Positions 1-10,247 of a stretch of DNA of 64,000 bases are shown in pieces. The first letter of the stretch is position 1. Every line of letters starts with the position of its first letter. Under the pieces are notes generated by a model. The model had not been told where the DNA came from and did not search any database. It saw nothing but the letters and a program-made list of their open reading frames with translations. Source of the stretch: a virus. The stretch spans positions 1 to 64,000 of the IMG/VR virus record IMGVR_UViG_3300036828_000142, one strand, 5' to 3'. The translations under genes were made by a program, and so were the position numbers.

Positions 1-52
1 ACGCCATCATCGAACTCAGCCCCATCCCACCTACCAAGACCGAGGAACCCCG

Positions 53-571
53 ATGCCCGGCTTCACCCTGAACCACGTCGCGATCAGCGGCAACCTGACC
101 CGCGACCCCGAGCTACGCACACTCCCATCCGGAGCCACCCTCTGCGAACTCCGCCTCGCCGTCAACGAACGCAACAAAGACGGCAACGGCAACTGGACCG
201 ACCGCGCCAACTACTTCAACGTCACCATCTGGAAAGGCATGGGCGAATGGGTCGCAGGAAACATGAAGAAAGGCGACGGGCTCGCGGTCACCGGCAGACT
301 CCGCTGGCACGAGTGGGAGAAAGACGGCAACAAGCGCGAAGCCATCGACATCATCGCCGACGCGATCAGTGTGGGACGCGCAAACACTGGTAGCAGCCCG
401 ACACGCGAGAACCCCAACGTCCGCCAAGCCCACACCCAAGAATCCGACATTCCCGTAGACACCACCGACATCAGCCCCACCTCCTACGGCGACCCAGAGG
501 ACGACATCCCCTTCGCTCACGATGTGTACCCGTTCGAGTTCGATCCCTGGCACACGCATGCCAACCGATAG
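53..571 (+). CDS. ssb: Single-stranded DNA-binding protein
   Basis: N-terminal LNHVAISGNLTRDPELR OB-fold motif, acidic DDIPF tail, GACCGAGGA RBS. Confidence 0.95.
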   Translation: MPGFTLNHVAISGNLTRDPELRTLPSGATLCELRLAVNERNKDGNGNWTDRANYFNVTIWKGMGEWVAGNMKKGDGLAVTGRLRWHEWEKDGNKREAIDIIADAISVGRANTGSSPTRENPNVRQAHTQESDIPVDTTDISPTSYGDPEDDIPFAHDVYPFEFDPWHTHANR

Positions 572-2543
572 CTACGACCCGATCCCCGAAGCTGTGCGAG
601 CGCTCCGCCACACCCACACGATCCCCTCCGACCCGAACTACCTCGGTGGCCACACCCACTTCGGCTACGACCCCGGCCACGACCAGGGCGCAGCGATGTT
701 CGCCGCCGAAACCCGCGAACGAGCGTTTTGGCTGGGGCTACGCGAGGTGCTCCGCGAAGAAGTAACCCTCGCTGAGCGCGACCTGAAGACGCTGGCCTAC
801 GCGCTGTTCCGCTCGAACATCGACTGGGCTGAGGCCGCACGCACCTGCGGCGATTCCGAGTGCCACGGCGACTGTCGGCACATCGCAGACATCCGCCGGA
901 TCGTGGGCCGCTGGGACGGCGGCATCCTGCCGGGAGGCGAGAGCCAATGACCGTAGACCGCACCCTCACCCGAGCAGAACTCGACCGCACCCAATGCGAA
1001 ACGCCAGACTGCGACCACACCGCCCACGACAGCCTCTACCTCCACTCCCACTGCCACCCCGAAACCCCCACCTGGAGCATCTACAACGCCGTCTCCGGAA
1101 CCCTCAGAATCGAATGCGCCGCCTGCGGCAACGAGATCGTTCGCATCGCCGTCGCGGCCGGACCCAGACCCGATGACTGAACCGAGCCTCCTCGACCGCC
1201 TGATGCGCTGGCTCGGCCTAGCCCGCGAGAAGGCATACCGCGTCTGGAAGTGGCAGGACGACGAAGCGATCCTCGTGAGCACCAAAACCACCCGAGCGTG
1301 GATCGTCCGGATCGACCGCGAAGCCGCCTCCGAAACAGCCGAGGTCGGATTCAACGAGCGCATCGCCGTGACCGAGATCAACCGCAACACGGGAGAGCCC
1401 ATCATCAAGCTGGACGAGCCCGAGAGCTACCACTGGAAACCCACCACGTTCCAGAAAGAGTTCGAGCAGGGCAACATCACACCCGCCGACGAGCGAGGGA
1501 GGTGATGCCCAATGGACCAAAACGATGCCTTCCGCCGACTCGGGGAACTAGCCGCCCGCCGTCGCATGTGACCAAGGCGAAGGTCAGACGCCACCTCCTT
1601 GGCCTTCGCCTCGGCCGCTACTACGTCGGGATCTGCACCCGCACCCAACGCCCCGCGATCCTGCGCTCCGGGCACGGCACCTACTGCGCCTACCACCGCT
1701 GGCGGCTACGACGCGAGCTGCGACATGGGTGAGCCGTTCCTCTACCGCGTGGACGTGGTCGAGCGCCGGACGATGGAGTCTCACGGCGTGGCCGTTCTCG
1801 CACAGTCCGACATCGAAGCGTACGACGCGATCCGCGAGCAGTACCCGCGCCGCCAGTTTGTGATCGTGGACCGAGCAACCGGCGAGGAAGTGGACCTAGA
1901 TGCCTGACAGCCCGCTGGACATGGATCGCCTGCACCGCAAGGCGCACGAGATCAACACCAACCTGAAATCACCCCTGCACCCGCACGAACCCGAGATCCC
2001 GCCCGCGCTCGACTCGGACGGCAGGTGCTGGGTCTGCAAGGCGCAATTCCAAAGCGAGCGGCTCGCTGTGTACGTCGAACGGATCGCAGACGCACGCAGC
2101 CGCGCCGCCGACGCGCCACGTGACGCCTACACGCTCGCGCTTGGACAACTCCGCGTCGTGGAACTGGTTGACGAGACAACGTGGCGTGCCGCGCTCGACC
2201 GACCGCGAGCCCACGATGGCTGAAACACCAGGCGAAACGCTCGTGAGGCTGGCGCAGGAGGTCGTTGACGCGCAAGCCGCGATGAACGTGGATGGCGTGG
2301 GTGTATACGTCCGGGCTGAACTGCGGCGCGACAGGGCTATCGAGGCGCTTCGCGACTGGCTGCGTGACCCCACGCAATGGAGGCAGGCCGATGGCTGAAC
2401 GCCGCGCGTACGTGTGCGACAAGTGCTACGCCAACAAAACCCCGTTGCGCGTGTTCGTCCGCCCCGGCGAAGCCGCTCCGAAATGCCCGCAGCATGGAAA
2501 GATGCGCCTGGAGCGGAACAAGCCGTACACCCGACCAACCTAG
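558..2543 (+). CDS. Run of small coupled hypothetical phage genes (558-950, 947-1180, 1173-1505, 1505-1732, 1725-1907, 1900-2223, 2216-2398, 2391-2543), several with CxxC zinc motifs
   Basis: Overlapping start/stop codons in one direction, GC3-rich codons; no family recognised. Confidence 0.65.
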
Positions 2544-2556
2544 ACCGAGGAGCCGA

Positions 2557-3039
2557 ATGCCACCCCACCGCACCGAGGGCGAGCCGCACGACCTCACACC
2601 CAGGGACAAGATCCGATTCTGGGCGAAGGTCGATAAGACCGGCAAATGCTGGCTGTGGACAGGAGCCACCTACGGACCAGGCTACGGGCACTTCAAGCTC
2701 GCAGGGAAAGCACGCGGAGCGCACCGAGTCGCCTGGCTCTTGGCCCACGGCGAATGGCCCAAACTGCACGTCCTGCACACCTGCGACACGCCAAGATGCG
2801 TTCGACCAGACCACCTGTTCATCGGAACCGACGCGGACAACGCCGCCGACCGTGACGCGAAGGGACGCTGGTGGCAACCGAGCCGCGAGGGCGAGGGCAA
2901 CGGCCAAGCGAAGCTGACAGCCGAGCAGATAGCCGAGATCCGAGCCATCGGCGATTCGAGGACGCGGGTGTCCGTCGGAGCGGAGTACGACGTTGCTCCG
3001 CAGACCATCGGCAAGATCGTGAAAGGCCAACGCTGGTGA
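2557..3039 (+). CDS. HNH endonuclease (HNH_3 type) with C-terminal HTH
   Basis: RFWAKVDK..CWLWTG..GYG..AHRVAW..VLHTCD..CVRPDHL..N motif; GACCGAGGAG RBS at 2543. Confidence 0.9.
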   Translation: MPPHRTEGEPHDLTPRDKIRFWAKVDKTGKCWLWTGATYGPGYGHFKLAGKARGAHRVAWLLAHGEWPKLHVLHTCDTPRCVRPDHLFIGTDADNAADRDAKGRWWQPSREGEGNGQAKLTAEQIAEIRAIGDSRTRVSVGAEYDVAPQTIGKIVKGQRW

Positions 3040-3562
3040 CTCCCAAGCGCACAGAAGGTGCTCCGCACGACCGGCTGACCCGCATCTGCGACGCGATGAC
3101 CGTCGCGATGGCAGAACACCCCGAAGCCGGGCCGACCGACAAAGCGATGATCTTCCTGGACGACGGCCACCGTGGCGGCATCGTCCTGCATGGCTACGAG
3201 TCAGACCTCGACGCGCTCACCGACCTGCTGACCCACCTGGAGGTCCTGTTCCAAACGCAGGGCATCCCGTTCCACATCGTCCCCGTCGAGATCAACCAGG
3301 GATGAGCAACTGCTCCGCGTGCGGCCAGCACCTGACGTGGGCGCTGACGACCGCCGGGAAGAAAGCGCCGATCAACACCGAGCCGTCGGACAACGGGAAC
3401 GTGCTGATCCTCCAACCCAAGAGCCTCGGTGAGAAGCTCGCGATCACGCTCTCCGGCGACGCGCTCGACCTAGCCCGCAAGCATGGACTGCCCCTCCATC
3501 TCAACCACTATGCTTCCTGCGAGTTCGCGGAGGAGTTCAAGCGCCCGAAGAAGACGACATGA
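3036..3562 (+). CDS. Two hypothetical proteins (3036-3305; 3302-3562 with CxxC...HxxxC zinc motif)
   Basis: Coupled GTGA/ATGA overlaps. Confidence 0.65.
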
Positions 3563-4062
3563 AGCTCTGTGAATGCGGCTGCGGCCAGCCCACGCCAATC
3601 GCGAACCACACACGACGTGCGCTTGGCCACGTCAAGGGACAGCCGATCCGATTCATCCGAGGCCACAACGGCCACCGAGCCGACGCCGATCCGGTCCAGC
3701 GAGGACGACACGAGGCCGAGAAGCGCTACCCCATCGAGGGCCTGTGCGAGAACGGGTGCGGCCGACCGGCGGTTGACCGCCACCACATCGACGGCAACAC
3801 CGCCAACAACGCCCCGGAGAACATCCGGCGACTCTGCCGCCGCTGCCACATGAAGCTCGACGGGCGTCTGCACCAAGACCACCAGCGCGCCCAGGGTGAG
3901 GCACACGGCGGCGCGAAGCTCACCGTCGAGGATGTGCTGGCGATCCGCGCAGCGCGGCCCACAACGCCTCTCACGGTGCTCGCAGAGCGCTACGGCATCG
4001 CGCAGTCAACCGTCAGCGCCATCGCCAACCGACGCCTGTGGAGCCACGTCCCGCTCGCTTAG
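3559..4062 (+). CDS. HNH endonuclease with N-terminal CECGCG motif and C-terminal HTH
   Basis: CECGCG...FIRGHN; HHIDGNTANNAPENIRRLCRRCH; AKLT..V..IR. Confidence 0.88.
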   Translation: MKLCECGCGQPTPIANHTRRALGHVKGQPIRFIRGHNGHRADADPVQRGRHEAEKRYPIEGLCENGCGRPAVDRHHIDGNTANNAPENIRRLCRRCHMKLDGRLHQDHQRAQGEAHGGAKLTVEDVLAIRAARPTTPLTVLAERYGIAQSTVSAIANRRLWSHVPLA

Positions 4063-4116
4063 CACACTACGCTTGCTATGTGAGGCTGTCCGACCTATCG
4101 GGTATCCAGTTCCGGC

Positions 4117-4769
4117 ATGGAGTCCTTCACCGAAATAGCCGTCCGCATGGCGCAGCGCCTAGCCCGCCAGCACGGCTGCGAGCTACACAGCTTCAGCCTC
4201 GATGACGTGGAGATCGACCACGACGACACCGGCACCGAAATCGTGCACGTCGTCGCGACGATCCAGCTAGCACCCGCGCCAGTCCCGGACCAAGTTCCGT
4301 TCCAACTGGACCCGGCATGAACGCCGCGTACGACACGTGCGTGAAACACCTCGACGGGCTCGACTGCCCGATCCACGGCCCGTTCCTGCCTGGCCGAAAG
4401 AAGGCACCGCTTGAGCATCCCAACTTCCAAGACGTTGTGGTCGATCCGACCGTGCCAGAAGTGCGGCAAGGGCGTGAAGTGCGAGCCCGGCTACCCGCAC
4501 GAGGTCAAAGTCGTGTGCGCTGACTGCATCGCCAACGCGACCCCCACCCCGCTGAACCCGGCGTGACCGACGAACCGCTGTACGTCAGCCTCCAATCCCT
4601 CGGCCTGTACGCACCGAACGGGCTGGAATGCCCCGAGGGCGGCTACCACGCGATCCTCGAACCCGAGCTACAGATCGCCGTCGCGGACGCGCTCGCGGAC
4701 GGGATGACCGACGTGCGCTGCCAGAAGTGCGGCGAACCGGTGGACCTGCGCCCCGTCCACCAGCTTTAG
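4117..4769 (+). CDS. Small hypothetical proteins (4117-4320, 4317-4523, 4563-4769)
   Basis: Short ORFs downstream of the operator-like site at 4060. Confidence 0.5.
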
Positions 4770-4831
4770 CGCAGATAACTTCCGTCGAACGCCGTAGACG
4801 CAACCCCACCCGCGCTGGCACGATTCCCGGC

Positions 4832-4960
4832 GGGGGCGTCGGTGGTCACCGTGAAACCGGCTGGTCGCTCGACCGCTGGCGCTCTCCCTTCTCCCAACCA
4901 AAGAGACGTGGTGGGTGTCGGCCAATCCCCCGGTACCACGGCCGACACCTGCCGCCTCTC
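4832..4960 (+). ncRNA. Candidate structured small RNA (two 16-bp stems)
   Basis: 4832-4847 pairs with 4871-4886 using 5 G-U pairs; second long stem around a C-rich loop (~4908-4955); -10-like TGGCACGAT just upstream. Confidence 0.4.
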
Positions 4961-4983
4961 TATGCAGTTGCATTCACCAAGCG

Positions 4984-5154
4984 ATGCTCACGTTCCAGAT
5001 CCGCCTCGACGGTGGCGTGGACATCACCGGCAGCGTGAGCGACCTCGCTGACCTGATCGGGTGGCTGGCGGTCGCGATCAAGCACGGCGAAGCGACCGCC
5101 GCCTACGTCCCTGACCGGGGGCTGGCGAGCATCCACATCGTCCGCGACGACTAG
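4984..5154 (+). CDS. Hypothetical protein
   Basis: ATG 4984; stop overlaps the convergent gene at CTAG. Confidence 0.5.
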   Translation: MLTFQIRLDGGVDITGSVSDLADLIGWLAVAIKHGEATAAYVPDRGLASIHIVRDD

Positions 5155-5417
5155 CCAATCGGCTGGTAGCGATCCGTTTGCATTCGGCGACCGCCGAGCT
5201 GATCGACGCGGCGCATCCGGATACGTGGCGATGGTCCGCCGACGCCGTACACCATCGGCCGGGTGCAACGCACCGCCTCGAACAGACGCGGCTTGAACAG
5301 CACCGGCGCGAACTGCGCAGCGGCATCGACCCGCGCGATCTCGTAGTTGACGAGCACAGGCTCGATCTGACGCTGCCCACGCTCCGGCAGGTTCCTGAGG
5401 ATGATCTGGTAGCTCAC
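5151..5417 (-). CDS. Hypothetical protein (88 aa, VSYQIILRNLPERG...)
   Basis: GTG start with AGAGGT immediately upstream; convergent CTAG stop overlap; protein-like composition. Confidence 0.55.
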   Translation of the reverse strand: MSYQIILRNLPERGQRQIEPVLVNYEIARVDAAAQFAPVLFKPRLFEAVRCTRPMVYGVGGPSPRIRMRRVDQLGGRRMQTDRYQPIG

Positions 5418-5452
5418 ACCTCTGTAGAAGGAGCCTTGCGCCCGAACGTGTA

Positions 5453-5585
5453 AACAAGAACCCCGGCTGAGTGCGCTCAGGACCGGGGCTCTTGCCTGCC
5501 ACCACTGAACGACCCGGCTTTGGGGCACCAAGGAATGGGTCGCTCGGTGACGATCCCCTGACTACGCGCCAGCCGGGAACCGTCG
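5453..5585 (-). ncRNA. Candidate leftward sRNA or attenuator leader (three hairpins, the last terminator-like)
   Basis: Minus-strand TGTGCTAGGTT -10 at 5591-5601; hairpin 1 favours G-U pairs on the minus strand; final hairpin followed by UUCUUGUUU. Confidence 0.5.
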
Positions 5586-5629
5586 CGCGGAACCTAGCAC
5601 ACATCTGGGGCCCGTGGTAGTTTGCAGGA

Positions 5630-7009
5630 GTGATCCTTCAGGGCGACGCGCTCACGCGCCTGCGCGAGCTACCGACCGGCACCGTCCAATGCGCCATCAC
5701 GAGCCCCCCGTACTACGGGCTCCGTGACTACGGCACGGGCGACTGGACTGGCGGCGACGAAACCTGCGACCACAGCATCGCTCCAACCCGCACGGTCGGC
5801 AACGCCCCGAGCGCCAAGAGCACCCTGACGACGAACAACGGCCGAGGCCCACAACCCGGCGACAAGTTCCACGCCGACCAACGCCGCGAGGTCGCGACCG
5901 ACTGCCCGTGCGGAGCCGTGCGCGTAGACGGCCAACTTGGGCTGGAGGCCACGCCTGGCGAGTACGTCGAGCGGCTGGTCGAGGTGTTCCGCGAGGTTCG
6001 GCGTGTGCTCCGCGATGACGGCACGGTCTGGCTGAACCTGGGTGACGCCTACAGCTCCGGCGGGACTAACCCATCGGTGACAGCACCTGGTCCCAACGCC
6101 CGAGTGGGCAGCACCCAGGATGGTGTGCAGCGCCGGGCGTCGCACGTTCCAGGCGTCAAGATGAAAGACCTTCTTGGCATGCCGTGGACGGTCGCGTTTG
6201 CGCTCCGCGACGACGGCTGGTACCTGCGCAGCGACATCATCTGGTCCAAGCCGAACCCGATGCCCGAAAGTGTGCTCGACCGCCCCACGAGCGCGCACGA
6301 GCACATCTTCCTGCTGGCTAAGAGTTACCGCTACTTCTACGACGCTGAAGCGATCCGCGAAAGCGACAGCGGCCTTCCTGCTGGCGACGGGTTCGCTGGC
6401 CGCTTGGACCACCGGCTGAGCGGCGGACTGGCTGTCGGCGGCACCGAGGAACGGTGGACGCCCGGCGGTGGTCGCAACAAGCGCAACGTGTGGGAGATCG
6501 CGACGCAGCCGTTTCCGCAGGCGCACTTTGCGACGTTCCCCACCAGGCTCGTGGAGCCGTGCGTGCTTGCTGGGAGCAGCCGGACGGCGTGCGGTGTGTG
6601 CGGAGCGCCGTGGCGGCGGATAGTCGAGCGCGTCGAGTCGGGCTTCGACGGCTCGCGGTACGGCGAGCGAGCAGTCGCAGCGTCAGGCGGTGCGATCAGC
6701 GGCGGCACGGCACGATCAACGCTCGGCAGCGCCGGTGGGACCCTGACGGCGGACTATCGCACGGTCGGCTGGGAGCCATCCTGTGGCCACGACGGTACCG
6801 GGCACTGCCTGGTCCTTGATCCGTTTGCCGGGAGCGGCACCGTGGGTGTCGTGAGCGCCTGGCACGGCCGCGAGTTCATTGGCATCGAGCTGAACCCCGA
6901 CTATTGCGCGATGGCGGAGCAGCGGATCATGGTCGAGGGACGCGGTGGCAGGCTCCGAGCACCGCCGGAGCAGATTCCCGGTCAGATGACGCTGCTGCCT
7001 AGCACATAA
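5630..7009 (+). CDS. DNA methyltransferase (N4-C/N6-A, beta class) with Cys-rich insertions
   Basis: ITSPPYY catalytic motif, [31 protein letters not shown]-binding motif. Confidence 0.95.
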   Translation: MILQGDALTRLRELPTGTVQCAITSPPYYGLRDYGTGDWTGGDETCDHSIAPTRTVGNAPSAKSTLTTNNGRGPQPGDKFHADQRREVATDCPCGAVRVDGQLGLEATPGEYVERLVEVFREVRRVLRDDGTVWLNLGDAYSSGGTNPSVTAPGPNARVGSTQDGVQRRASHVPGVKMKDLLGMPWTVAFALRDDGWYLRSDIIWSKPNPMPESVLDRPTSAHEHIFLLAKSYRYFYDAEAIRESDSGLPAGDGFAGRLDHRLSGGLAVGGTEERWTPGGGRNKRNVWEIATQPFPQAHFATFPTRLVEPCVLAGSSRTACGVCGAPWRRIVERVESGFDGSRYGERAVAASGGAISGGTARSTLGSAGGTLTADYRTVGWEPSCGHDGTGHCLVLDPFAGSGTVGVVSAWHGREFIGIELNPDYCAMAEQRIMVEGRGGRLRAPPEQIPGQMTLLPST

Positions 7010-7058
7010 CGAGCGCGATGGTATAGGCTCGTCTGAACCAACCGACCGAGGAGTCGCA

Positions 7059-7349
7059 ATGAGCCGCATCATCCTTTCGCGCTACCCAACCGGCCAGGAA
7101 CACGTCGTCGTTGGGTACGACCACCCGTGCAACGGGGCGTTCTGGCAGGAGTTCGTCAAGCAGCCGTCCGAGGACGAGATCGTTCGTGACGGCGGGTTCT
7201 TCCCCGGCATTCCGCTGGAGCACTTCTACGACAGCGTGCCGGAGGACCTACAGCCGCTGATTACCGACCAGGTGATGGCGCTGCTCGCCGAGCACGAAGC
7301 CGACCCGGACTCCGGGTATCACAAGTCCGCCATCGACCTGAGCCGCTGA
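7059..7349 (+). CDS. Hypothetical protein
   Basis: GACCGAGGAG RBS and upstream operator/-10. Confidence 0.75.
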   Translation: MSRIILSRYPTGQEHVVVGYDHPCNGAFWQEFVKQPSEDEIVRDGGFFPGIPLEHFYDSVPEDLQPLITDQVMALLAEHEADPDSGYHKSAIDLSR

Positions 7350-7615
7350 TGCCACAGCCGCCAATCGACCCGAAGCGCCACCCGCCGGGGTTCGTTGTCA
7401 CTGACGCCGACGGCGTGCTGTGGCTGGTGCTCGACTCCGAGGGCAACGCGACACCCAACCCGGATGGGCAGGCGATCAGCCGCGAGACGTACCCCGAGCT
7501 GTGGGCTGTGATCGGCGAGACGTTCGGAAAGGGCGACGGCGAGACGACGTTCAACATCCCCGACTTCCGTGGTCGGATGCCGCCGCCGCGTGTGCATCCG
7601 GAAGACAAGCCATGA
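7349..7615 (+). CDS. Stand-alone phage tail-collar domain protein
   Basis: DGQAISRETYPELWAVIGETFGKGDGETTFNIPDFRGR matches the collar motif also present in ORFs 53635 and 62894. Confidence 0.75.
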   Translation: MPQPPIDPKRHPPGFVVTDADGVLWLVLDSEGNATPNPDGQAISRETYPELWAVIGETFGKGDGETTFNIPDFRGRMPPPRVHPEDKP

Positions 7616-8665
7616 GCCTTTGGGACATTGCGCGAGAGGTCGTTGACGAGGTGTGCGGCCCGGGCGCGTACGCGCAGGCGAACCGTGGCAACCCTGATCC
7701 GCTGGTGCAGGAGCAGGTTGCGATCAGCGATGCTCGCGGGCTTCCTACCAGCCAGCGGCTGTTCACTGAGCGCGATGTGCAGTCGCTGGTGAACTACGCG
7801 ACCGGCGAGCAGATCGGCGAGCACCTCGACATCGGCGCGCTGATCGAGCTGACCACCAACATGGGACACCCGTTGGACGAGACGATGCACGGCGACCTGA
7901 AAGACGAGTGGAAGGTCACGCACGCGACCGGCTGGCCCGACCCCGTGCACTTCACCGACCGCGAGAAGGCGATCACGTTCCACCAGGAGCACGGCGGCTT
8001 GCTGTGGCATCGCTGGGTCACAGAATGGACCGAGGCATGAGCCCTACCGCGTACGCTACCACCACCGTCCCCGTCGAACGTTCGCAGGGCGAGATCCGGA
8101 AGCTGCTGCAAGACCACGGCGCGGCCCGGCTTGCGTTTGGTGAGGAGCGCGACGGTGACCGCCGGTGGGCAGCGATCACGTTCACCACCCAAGCTCACGG
8201 CGTGCGCATGCGCGTGCCGCTGAAGCAGGTCAACGAGCACGACGTGCGAGCCCGCGCCGTCCGCGCGCACACCAAGACGGTGAAGGACATCCGCGACGAG
8301 ATGTACAAGCAGGAGGAGCGCCGCATCTGGCGTGTTCTGGCATGGAACCTCAAGGCGCGGCTCGTTGCGGTGCAGGAGGGCTTAGAGAGCTTCGAGGAGG
8401 CGTTCCTGCCGCACCTGATCAACCCGCGCACCAACCGGACCGTCTACGAGGAGTTGGCGCACGACGGCCGGGTCGAACTGGACGCACCGCTGCTGGCGCT
8501 GCCGGAGACAGTTGGGTGAACGTCCGCTTCGAGCACCGCTCGATCTGGATTCGCGTCGGTCCGTGGCTCGGTCGGATAGCGTGGGGCCCAGGCTGGTTTG
8601 AGCACTCCAAGCACTGGAGCGGCTGGCACCGCTGGAACGATCCGACAACGTGGGGAGACTGCTGA
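7612..8665 (+). CDS. Hypothetical proteins (7612-8040, 8037-8519, 8516-8665)
   Basis: Coupled ATGA/GTGA overlaps; 8037 begins YATTTVPVERSQGEI, a motif recalled from other phage ORFans. Confidence 0.65.
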
Positions 8666-9228
8666 TGAGCCAAACCGAAGCTCAAGCACGCGCCATCGAG
8701 TTCGCTGTCGAGAAGCGCGTGCCGTTGCTCGCGCTCGACATCGACGGCACCGTCCGCCAAGGCAAGGACGACCCGCTCGGCCGGTTCGTGAACGGGCCGG
8801 AGGATGTCGTCGTGTTCCCCGAGGCGGTCGAGCAGATGCGCCGGTGGAAACGCAACGGCGGCAGGATCATCGGCGTGAGCAACCAGGGCGGGATCGCGCT
8901 CGGGCTCGTCACCTACGCGAAGGTGCAGCAGGCGATGACCGAGACGTACAACCAGGCCGACAAGCTGTTCGACAAGCTCGCGTGGTGCAGCCATCACCCC
9001 AACGCTGAGAACCCCGAGATGGCGTGGTGCTGGTGTCGCAAACCATCGCCAGGGCTGCTGATCGAAGCCGCGCTCGACATCGCCCACCGCTACGACGAGA
9101 TGTACCCGCCGCACCTCGGCCTGTTCGTCGGTGACCGCTCCGAGGATGAGGAATGCGCGCGGCTGGCTGGGTTCCCGTTCATGTGGGCAGCCGACTGGCG
9201 GGCCCAGTCACACCGGTCCGAGCTGTGA
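8665..9228 (+). CDS. HAD-IIIA phosphatase (GmhB/HisB or PNKP 3'-phosphatase-like)
   Basis: LDIDGT motif I, VSNQGGI, CxH..CxCRKPSPG, FVGDRSED. Confidence 0.9.
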   Translation: MSQTEAQARAIEFAVEKRVPLLALDIDGTVRQGKDDPLGRFVNGPEDVVVFPEAVEQMRRWKRNGGRIIGVSNQGGIALGLVTYAKVQQAMTETYNQADKLFDKLAWCSHHPNAENPEMAWCWCRKPSPGLLIEAALDIAHRYDEMYPPHLGLFVGDRSEDEECARLAGFPFMWAADWRAQSHRSEL

Positions 9229-10247
9229 CGATTGCACTCGTAATGATCGTCCGTGACGAAGCTGACACCATCGTTCGCTGCCTGGAGTCTGTGCGGGGGC
9301 TGGTGGACGGCTACGTGATCGTTGACACCGGCTCAACCGATGACACCGAAGCGCTGATCGCAAGCTGCGGCATTCCCGGCGAGCTGCACGAACGCGAATG
9401 GGTGAACTTCGGTCACAACCGCACCGAACTGATGCAACTCGCGCACGGCACGGCCGACTGGCTGCTGCTGCTCGACGCCGACCACACTGTTACGCACGAC
9501 GGCCCACCCGAACTGAACCTCGCGGCTGACAGCTACATGCTCCGTCACGCCGACGAGCCCGAGTATTGGATCAAACGGCTCGTGACTGGTGACAAGCACT
9601 GGCATTTCGTGGGCGCGACACACGAGTTCATCGCGACCGACGAGGCGGAGCGCCCGTCGCAACGCCTGGAGTCGATCACCGTTCACCACCACGGCGATGG
9701 TGGGCACCGGTCGGAGAAGTTCGAGCGCGACCTGGTGCTGCTCCGCGACGAGCATCAGCGCGAGCCCGAGAACGCCCGCACGGTGTTCTACCTCGCGAAC
9801 ACGCTCCGTGACCTTGGCCGCAACGACGAGGCCGTTGACTTCTACCTCCAGCGTGCGCACATGGACGGGTGGGACGAGGAGGAATACTGTGCGATGTACG
9901 AGGCCGGGAAGCTGCGCGGGAACATCGAACTGCTGCTGAGCGCGTGGAGTTTCCGCCCGACCCGCGCGGAGCCGCTGTACGAGATCGCGTGGCGGATGCG
10001 ACGCCGCCGGTACTGGGCTGCTGCGTACATGGTCGCGGAGCGCTCCCAGCGCATCCCGATGACCCAGGACGCGCTGTTCGTCCACCGCTGGGTGTACGAG
10101 TGGGGTTGCGAGTTCGAGCTGTCGATTGCCGCGTGGCACGTCGGCGAGATCGAGCAGGCACGCGAGTCGTCCGACCGGCTGCTGGAGTGTCCGACGTTGC
10201 CGCCGAGCTACCGCGAGCAGGTGATCGAGAACCGGGAGTATCTGTGA
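9225..10247 (+). CDS. Glycosyltransferase family 2 with TPR repeats
   Basis: IALVMIVRDEA..RCLESV..IVDTGSTD, NFGHNR, LLDAD DxD motif, C-terminal TPR-like helices (FYLANTL..LG). Confidence 0.92.
   Translation: MTIALVMIVRDEADTIVRCLESVRGLVDGYVIVDTGSTDDTEALIASCGIPGELHEREWVNFGHNRTELMQLAHGTADWLLLLDADHTVTHDGPPELNLAADSYMLRHADEPEYWIKRLVTGDKHWHFVGATHEFIATDEAERPSQRLESITVHHHGDGGHRSEKFERDLVLLRDEHQREPENARTVFYLANTLRDLGRNDEAVDFYLQRAHMDGWDEEEYCAMYEAGKLRGNIELLLSAWSFRPTRAEPLYEIAWRMRRRRYWAAAYMVAERSQRIPMTQDALFVHRWVYEWGCEFELSIAAWHVGEIEQARESSDRLLECPTLPPSYREQVIENREYL

Noticed and set aside
5178-5453. Plus-strand 91-aa ORF
   Set aside because: TTG start without RBS; the minus-strand ORF 5151-5417 has a promoter, an SD-like element and a convergent stop overlap
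5730-6800. Intein or intron in the methyltransferase
   Set aside because: Insertions are short Cys/Gly-rich loops lacking intein C1...HN-C/S/T ends, and the frame is continuous
5630-7009. Restriction-modification system
   Set aside because: No cognate restriction endonuclease adjacent; an orphan phage methyltransferase is the simpler reading
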